Below, one piece after another: positions 27,391-32,537 of a DNA stretch of 32,537 bases; the first letter of the stretch is position 1; the number at the start of each line of letters is the position of its first letter. The notes beneath the pieces were generated by a model. That model did not search any database and was not told where the DNA came from. It saw nothing but the letters and a program-made list of their open reading frames with translations. The stretch covers positions 1 to 32,537 of the forward strand of contig CAYHQC010000002.1 in assembly GCA_964358845.1 (NCBI GenBank), read 5' to 3'. A program made the translations under genes and the position numbers. Source of the stretch: an uncultured Gammaproteobacteria bacterium. Its GTDB lineage: Bacteria; Patescibacteriota; Microgenomatia; UBA10105; UBA927.

Positions 27391-28226
27391 GATAATTTCT
27401 TTTTTTCTGACAGTGATAGATAATTACGTTTTGTGGACACCTTTTTCCCACTCTTTGTTTCTAATTCACGACGAGCATTACCCGCAATTGCACCACCTGC
27501 TTTCGCAGCGTATTTGTTTTCCGTAAATCCTTGAGCATCTTTGTTTTTAGCAATTTCCGTCGTTGATGCCTCGCCAAGCATAGAGAAAATGAGCTCCAAA
27601 TCATTCATGTGGTCACGAAGGTTTTCTCGTTGTAAACCCTTTAACTTCTTGTACTCACTCGGAGTCATCCCAAACGTAGCGTTGGATATTTCAGCAGTCA
27701 AAATGGCATATTCACGATCACCACCCACGTTTCGCTTTTTCCACTGATCAATCAATGTTTCGCGAATTTCAATTCCACGCATGCGTTTTTCAATCCACGC
27801 ATCTGGATAACCTTTAGCCTTATAAAGCGCTCGAGTGCGTTTGGTAGCAAGTTCTGGATCTTCTATCTCTTGGACCCGTTCATAGCCAACACGCGCAAGC
27901 CAACGCTTGAACGGTTCTGCCTTGGGTGAAGAAATAGATTGGATGATACGAAAAACTCCTTCTGTATTTGCACAGTCTGTTTCATACTTCTTTCCATCAG
28001 ACGACTCTAGTTTCAGTTGTCTACAAATTGTAGACAACTCAATTCCTTCATTCACTTTTACTCTGGTTTTCATAGCACTCCAATACACTCTTGGTTTATT
28101 ACTATCTGTTAGAGCTTCAATAACATCAACCACTGAAAACCACCATTCATTTTGGTAAATTATCTTACGCACTTTTTTCCCTTTAAAAATTGCTATTCTC
28201 GTGGTTATATTAGGTTCACTATTCAT
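27387..28226 (-). CDS. BRO-N domain protein (DinD / phage antirepressor-like)
   Basis: N-terminal FKGKKVRKIIYQNEWWFSVVDVIEALT fits the BRO-N pattern. The C-terminal helical region ends with ...AGGAIAGNARRELETKSGKKV, as in DinD-like proteins. ATGA overlap with the downstream epimerase. Confidence 0.6.
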   Translation of the reverse strand: MNSEPNITTRIAIFKGKKVRKIIYQNEWWFSVVDVIEALTDSNKPRVYWSAMKTRVKVNEGIELSTICRQLKLESSDGKKYETDCANTEGVFRIIQSISSPKAEPFKRWLARVGYERVQEIEDPELATKRTRALYKAKGYPDAWIEKRMRGIEIRETLIDQWKKRNVGGDREYAILTAEISNATFGMTPSEYKKLKGLQRENLRDHMNDLELIFSMLGEASTTEIAKNKDAQGFTENKYAAKAGGAIAGNARRELETKSGKKVSTKRNYLSLSEKKKLS

Positions 28227-28245
28227 ATGTATTGATTATACAAAA

Positions 28246-29049
28246 TTACGGCAATGCGATTTTGAAGTTTAATTCAGGATCAAACATCCACTTCTTTTTA
28301 TTAATGTTGTCGTAATAATGAAGAATTTTCAAACGATAAAAGACTGCAAACGTATCCCAAAGCATCCGATAGACGACTTTCCATACAGAAATAGAGGTAA
28401 TGCTCGATACTCCTGTAAAATCTAATTCGATCGGTGCTTCAAATATTCGTGTGTACCCTAAATGATTAGCGACAGCCAATATTTCTATATCAAACGCAAA
28501 TTGCTTCACCAATAACCTCGGTAAGACATCTTCCAGCACGTTCCTTCTATAAAGCTTTATCCCAACCTGCGTATCTTTTAGATTCAAGCCAAATAATACA
28601 CGTGTAAGCTGTTGATATCCAAAAGATAATATCTTCCTCTCAAGTGGATAGCGTACCTTTGACACGGGATGACGCTTGCTCCCGACGATAATATCTGCGT
28701 TATACCACTTGAAATGCTCGATCATCATCGAAAGTCCTGACTCGCTTACATCTCCCCCAGCATCGATAAACCCTATGATATCCCCGTGACTCTTGGCCAT
28801 ACCAAAACGCACGGCATACCCTTTGCCATGATTTGTGTTATATCCTGTGACGATTAACTTATTGGAATGGACCTTTTTGGCTTCTCTTTCACTGTTATCG
28901 ACTTTTCCATCTATCACCACGATGACTTCGTAGGGAATAGATAACAAAGTGAGCTCGCCTAATATAGACTGGAGCTGTTTTTGAATGGTTTTTTCCTGTT
29001 TATATACAGGAATAATCAATGATAATAATTTTGGTTTAATCTTTCCCAT
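28246..29049 (-). CDS. GT2 glycosyltransferase, polyprenyl-phosphate sugar synthase (Dpm1/GtrB/ArnC)-like
   Basis: LSLIIPVYKQEKTI, VIVVIDGKVDNS, DAGGD and FAFDIEILAVANHLGY. Confidence 0.75.
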   Translation of the reverse strand: MGKIKPKLLSLIIPVYKQEKTIQKQLQSILGELTLLSIPYEVIVVIDGKVDNSEREAKKVHSNKLIVTGYNTNHGKGYAVRFGMAKSHGDIIGFIDAGGDVSESGLSMMIEHFKWYNADIIVGSKRHPVSKVRYPLERKILSFGYQQLTRVLFGLNLKDTQVGIKLYRRNVLEDVLPRLLVKQFAFDIEILAVANHLGYTRIFEAPIELDFTGVSSITSISVWKVVYRMLWDTFAVFYRLKILHYYDNINKKKWMFDPELNFKIALP

Positions 29050-30286
29050 AGCGGTAGTATATCAAAAGGATCATACAAGTAAGAAACGCGACTGCGATAT
29101 TTATATAAATCACCTGATAGAGTGACGCATGAAAAAGCCACAATCCTATTGCTTGTGTTATTGCCGCTCCCATAGTAATCACCCATACGCGCATTCTGCC
29201 GATAGCAAGAAAAATAGTGATAAGTAAATTAACCAACGTAAAAAATGTGATAAATATACCAAATAAGCCCATAAAAGGAATAGCACCATCAAATGCAGTT
29301 CCATACATAATCCGAACGATAAAGGCTGGTGCAATAAAATATCCAAGTGTCAGTATGCTAGAGAGTGCCGCCACGGCACCGAGAGCGCTTAGCACCATAC
29401 CATGGTAGGATTCTTTACGCTCTTTTTTCTCAACTATCATCGGGAACATCACAAACCCCAACGCCGCTGAAGTATAAAATATTACCTTTCCAAGCACTGC
29501 AAGCGATGCGTAAATCCCTGCTTCATAGGGAGAGAAAAAATGCCTTACCAATAAAACGTCTTGACTATAGAGTGCAATGGTGCCAAGGGTAGCCAGTAAC
29601 GTAGGAAGACTATAGTCCGCCGCATCAGCCCTTGTGATTGACAACGGTTTTGACTTTACCCGTATAAGACCCCAAATCGGCACAAAATTTATACCGTATG
29701 AAATCACGTTGGATATGATATTTCCTATAAGTACTCCTATGAGCCCAAATGGCGCTCCTAACACTCCAAATACTAATCGCAACAACATTCCGATATTGGT
29801 CACTACACTGGATGCCAAAAATAGTTGAAATGATTGCATGATGCTTATGTTTATGACAGAAAAAATGAAACTCACAAATAAGAAATAGAGCCAAATAAAG
29901 TAACTTGAAGATATATGTAAAAATTCACTCAATGCGTGAGATGAAACTACCGCGACCAAAAACCCAATCAATGAGACCAAAGAGATATAGCGAAACGCCG
30001 CCCAAAAAAGACTGGGAACTTCCTCTAAAAGTTTTCTTGCACGAAGTTGTGAAAAAAACTTCGCAAGGATCGTTTGGACTACGCCGGATCCTATGTTGAT
30101 TATGTAAAATAACGACAAGAGTGCAGAAAATTCTCCATAAATAACCGGGCCTAATAACCGTCCAACAAGTACGTGATAGGCATATGCACCGACGTTGGCT
30201 ACCATCGAGCCCACCAAAATTATGAAACTTCCTTTCGCTAGAGGATGTGCTATAAACGCATGAAGTTTGAGAATTATTTTTTTCAT
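29036..30286 (-). CDS. Wzx/MOP-superfamily oligosaccharide flippase-like membrane protein
   Basis: About 12 hydrophobic segments. The N-terminal motif VGRLLGPVIYGEF is typical of the polysaccharide biosynthesis (Polysacc_synt) family. Start set at ATG 30286, giving an ATGA overlap with the upstream GT2. Confidence 0.7.
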   Translation of the reverse strand: MKKIILKLHAFIAHPLAKGSFIILVGSMVANVGAYAYHVLVGRLLGPVIYGEFSALLSLFYIINIGSGVVQTILAKFFSQLRARKLLEEVPSLFWAAFRYISLVSLIGFLVAVVSSHALSEFLHISSSYFIWLYFLFVSFIFSVINISIMQSFQLFLASSVVTNIGMLLRLVFGVLGAPFGLIGVLIGNIISNVISYGINFVPIWGLIRVKSKPLSITRADAADYSLPTLLATLGTIALYSQDVLLVRHFFSPYEAGIYASLAVLGKVIFYTSAALGFVMFPMIVEKKERKESYHGMVLSALGAVAALSSILTLGYFIAPAFIVRIMYGTAFDGAIPFMGLFGIFITFFTLVNLLITIFLAIGRMRVWVITMGAAITQAIGLWLFHASLYQVIYINIAVAFLTCMILLIYYRYGKD

Positions 30287-30972
30287 GGCGACCAAAATCG
30301 TAATCGCAAGAGAGTAAAGAGAGCGACAATACCATCACGCCATGTCAGCTTTTTTCCCTCAGAAAATTTTCTGCCAAAGTATGAAATAGGCACTTCATAT
30401 ATTTGATACCCGCTTCGAAGTATCTTCGCCGTAATCTCCGGTTCAAAGTCAAATCGTTTTGCTTTGATCGTAATGCCTTTCAGTACTACGGCATCAAATA
30501 CTTTGCATCCTGTTTCCATATCCGTAATATTGGTGTTGTAGAGAATGTTGGTGACGAGTGTTACAAATTTATTACCTAACTCATAAATAAACATCGTCGA
30601 AAGATGTCCGCCCAAAAATCGTGATCCGTATACGACATGAACCCGATCATTTTCAAAAGGGGCTAACAGTACTGGATAGTCAGAAGGGCTGTATTCTAAA
30701 TCCGCGTCTTGAATAAGGATGATATCTCCTGTGGCCTTTGCAATTCCAATCGTTACTGCCGATCCTTTGCCCTCATTTTTCTTCTTAAAAATGACCTTTA
30801 CCCTCTTCACCCATTTTTTGAGTAGATCTTCTGTACCGTCGGTCGATCCGTCATCTATGATAATAATTTCTTTCTCCCACCCTAAAACTTTCGTTTGGGA
30901 AACGAGATTGAGTACTTCTTCTACCGTCTTCTTTTCGTTGTATACAGGAATGATTATAGAAAGTTTTTTCAT
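30283..30972 (-). CDS. GT2 glycosyltransferase, polyprenyl-phosphate sugar synthase (Dpm1/GtrB)-like
   Basis: LSIIIPVYNEKKTV, IIIIDDGSTDGT, QDADLEY and RFDFEPEITAKILRSGYQIYEVPISY. Confidence 0.8.
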   Translation of the reverse strand: MKKLSIIIPVYNEKKTVEEVLNLVSQTKVLGWEKEIIIIDDGSTDGTEDLLKKWVKRVKVIFKKKNEGKGSAVTIGIAKATGDIILIQDADLEYSPSDYPVLLAPFENDRVHVVYGSRFLGGHLSTMFIYELGNKFVTLVTNILYNTNITDMETGCKVFDAVVLKGITIKAKRFDFEPEITAKILRSGYQIYEVPISYFGRKFSEGKKLTWRDGIVALFTLLRLRFWSP

Positions 30973-32330
30973 GCGTTGAAAAATGCCTTACCATGGAAGA
31001 CTAACCACGCCCAGAGCGGAATAAATTCCAATGTTTTTCCCTCTATCTTTTGTATAGCCGAATAGTTTTTCGTCAATACGTATCCTTTTTCCTTATTAAA
31101 CTCCTGCAATCCTTCTACCATGCCCTGTGTTTCTCTCTCATGCGGCTGATCAGTATATGAAACATTATAAAAAGCCAACGCAGGATCCATAGTCACAAAA
31201 TCTATCTCTTTCTTACCTTTCCAATAGTAAATCGCCTGCGATTGTTTTTTTAACTCCATGTATACTACATTTTCCGCACATTGCCCGATATCAGGCCGTA
31301 AAAGCGGCACGTTAAAATTTCGCAGTCCATTATCGACTACGTACATCTTTCGGGCTCTTTGCACATCCTGCGTCTCCTTCGTTTTATACGAATAATGCTT
31401 ACTCTCAAAGAGTAAATATGCCCGCTGAAAATACTCTATGTAGGATTTGGTAGTCTCTAAAGAGAGTTTCTGCGGTCGAGATAAACTACTGTATGTATGC
31501 GTTTTCGTAAAATCAGACATAATCTGAAGTCCTAATACTTCTACTTCCTGCTGATTTCGAACACCATTGGGCACCACAACGTCTCTTGAAACCGTATCTC
31601 TAAAATAATTTGATGCCAATGTCCGTTTGACATCTTCATCTTCGGTAAGCACTATCTCAGGATACCCGCCTTCTTTCATATAATTCCCCAAGTGATGTAA
31701 AATTTTCGTTTGTTGGAAAAAATTAGCCTTGAGAATCGATGATATATTCGCTTGCCCTTCTATAGTAATTCCTTTTATGCGCAAATATTCATAAAAATTA
31801 AAGGGGTAGACGTCTACTTGAACGTTTCTGCCGGTCAAAACTGTCGCCGACTCTGACTCAACCAACGATCGGCGTGATCCGGAAAGTATAAACTTAACAG
31901 GATCTTTCCGCTCATACTTACTGCTTATCCAACGATTGAAGTCTTTAATTCCTTGAATTTCATCCAAAAATATATAAACTTTCCCTTGCGGGTTGTAAGT
32001 CTCCATATAATAGATAAAAATATCTTCCAAGAGTTTCCAGCCTTGTGTCAAATACTGCTGCACCAATATATCCTCCAAAAACAAATACACCACGTTTTTG
32101 GCCGGTATGCCTTTCTCAACGATAAGATGCTCCATAAGCTGATGCATCAGCGTTGATTTCCCTGCACGACGAACACCAGTAAGTATCAACACATGACGAA
32201 TATCCAAAAGTTTTTTGAGGCGCTCAAGATACTTCTCTCGAGGCACGGTATGTATCCATTTACCTTTCAAAGGATCAGTAAAATGAGGGTTCCATGTCGA
32301 AATTAACGTTTGACACACTTCTCTATCCAT
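30969..32330 (-). CDS. AAA+ ATPase of the AAA_14/DUF4143 type
   Basis: Walker A GVRRAGKST and Walker B IFLDEIQ. The C-terminal region resembles DUF4143 proteins (...YYWKGKKEIDFV). ATGA overlap with the downstream GT2. Confidence 0.78.
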   Translation of the reverse strand: MDREVCQTLISTWNPHFTDPLKGKWIHTVPREKYLERLKKLLDIRHVLILTGVRRAGKSTLMHQLMEHLIVEKGIPAKNVVYLFLEDILVQQYLTQGWKLLEDIFIYYMETYNPQGKVYIFLDEIQGIKDFNRWISSKYERKDPVKFILSGSRRSLVESESATVLTGRNVQVDVYPFNFYEYLRIKGITIEGQANISSILKANFFQQTKILHHLGNYMKEGGYPEIVLTEDEDVKRTLASNYFRDTVSRDVVVPNGVRNQQEVEVLGLQIMSDFTKTHTYSSLSRPQKLSLETTKSYIEYFQRAYLLFESKHYSYKTKETQDVQRARKMYVVDNGLRNFNVPLLRPDIGQCAENVVYMELKKQSQAIYYWKGKKEIDFVTMDPALAFYNVSYTDQPHERETQGMVEGLQEFNKEKGYVLTKNYSAIQKIEGKTLEFIPLWAWLVFHGKAFFNA

Positions 32331-32336
32331 AGTTGT

Positions 32337-32365
32337 AGTATATACTCATATTGTCCTACTGTCAA
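32337..32365 (-). promoter_or_regulatory. putative sigma70-type promoter directly abutting the ATPase start codon
   Basis: Minus strand: TTGACA (32360-32365), exactly 17 nt, TATACT (32337-32342), then 6 nt (ACAACT) and the ATG at 32330. No SD in between. Confidence 0.45.
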
Positions 32366-32398
32366 GTATAACCTAAGGTTTATATGTCAAACCCTACG

Positions 32399-32536
32399 TT
32401 ATATCGAAGGGTTAATTATGGTATTATACACGGCTATTGTTTCGCAAGCTGCACGATCCCAACTAAATTTCTTCGCCCACGCATGACCCTCACGTATCAA
32501 TTCTTCCCGTTTTGATTGCGGAAATGAAAATGCTTC
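32399..32536 (-). CDS. C-terminal 45 codons of a GT4-like glycosyltransferase (5' part outside the window)
   Basis: My translation gives ...EAFSFPQSKREELIREGHAWAKKFSWDRAACETIAVYNTIINPSI*. The xxKFSWDxxAxxTxxVY tail is typical of GT4 enzymes. Not in the ORF track. Confidence 0.5.
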   Translation of the reverse strand, partial: EAFSFPQSKREELIREGHAWAKKFSWDRAACETIAVYNTIINPSI

Positions 32537-32537
32537 T

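Noticed and set aside
27387-32330. The AAA+ ATPase plus BRO-N protein as a phage-defence system.
   Set aside because: The two genes are separated by three glycan genes. No nuclease, methylase, helicase or other effector domain is visible. The association is better described as unexplained than as defence.
32385-32390. A second TTGACA hexamer upstream of the ATPase promoter.
   Set aside because: No acceptable -10 element lies 16-18 nt downstream. It is probably a coincidental hexamer in AT-rich DNA.
1-32537. Alternative genetic code (UGA recoded, as in some CPR lineages).
   Set aside because: TGA serves as the stop at 11 ATGA gene junctions, and the proteins end at family-typical lengths. 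The standard bacterial code fits.
1-32537. CRISPR arrays, tRNA/rRNA genes, IS elements or integrases.
   Set aside because: I saw no regularly spaced direct repeats, no cloverleaf-like or rRNA-like non-coding stretches (non-coding DNA totals only a few hundred nt), and no transposase or recombinase motifs.

Overview
AT-rich 32.5-kb window in which every credible gene (about 34) is on the minus strand. Genes are packed tightly, with 11 ATGA stop/start overlaps, and only four gaps exceed 60 nt. I found no rRNA, tRNA, CRISPR array, transposase or integrase. The content is one very large surface-glycan locus.

In transcription order (high to low coordinates):
- the C-terminal end of a GT4 glycosyltransferase
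- an AAA+/DUF4143-type ATPase behind a near-consensus promoter
- two Dpm1/GtrB-like GT2 enzymes flanking a Wzx/MOP-type flippase
- a BRO-N/DinD-like gene
- a first sugar-nucleotide block: tyvelose-epimerase-like SDR, GT4, GT2, RfbG-like SDR, ColD-type 3-dehydratase, methyltransferase, two further SDRs, GT-B
- a small TrpR/YerC-like regulator bracketed by two copies of a perfect 26-bp palindrome
- a second block: Zn-ribbon methyltransferase, GT-B, GT2, RfbF cytidylyltransferase, RfbG-like dehydratase, DegT aminotransferase, GNAT, GT2, split transketolase, RfbH/E1-type Fe-S 3-dehydrase, FkbM methyltransferase
- an envelope module: a secreted DUF5667-like protein, a small TM protein, a large GT-C enzyme, two paralogous 4-TM miniproteins, and a second GT-C paralogue

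The second GT-C paralogue (1..1864) is missing from the supplied ORF track because it runs off the window edge.

Most noteworthy points:
- Two mechanistically different 3-deoxygenation enzymes (E1-type and ColD-type) occur with only one nucleotidyltransferase and no E3 reductase.
- A split transketolase is translationally coupled to E1.
- A palindromic operator pair sits around the regulator.
- The GT-C / 4TM / 4TM / GT-C module is unusual.

Gene content (DUF5667-like protein, YerC-like regulator, one-strand super-operon) suggests a CPR/Patescibacteria-like organism, but that is inference. All family assignments come from motif recognition by eye; no database search was possible.
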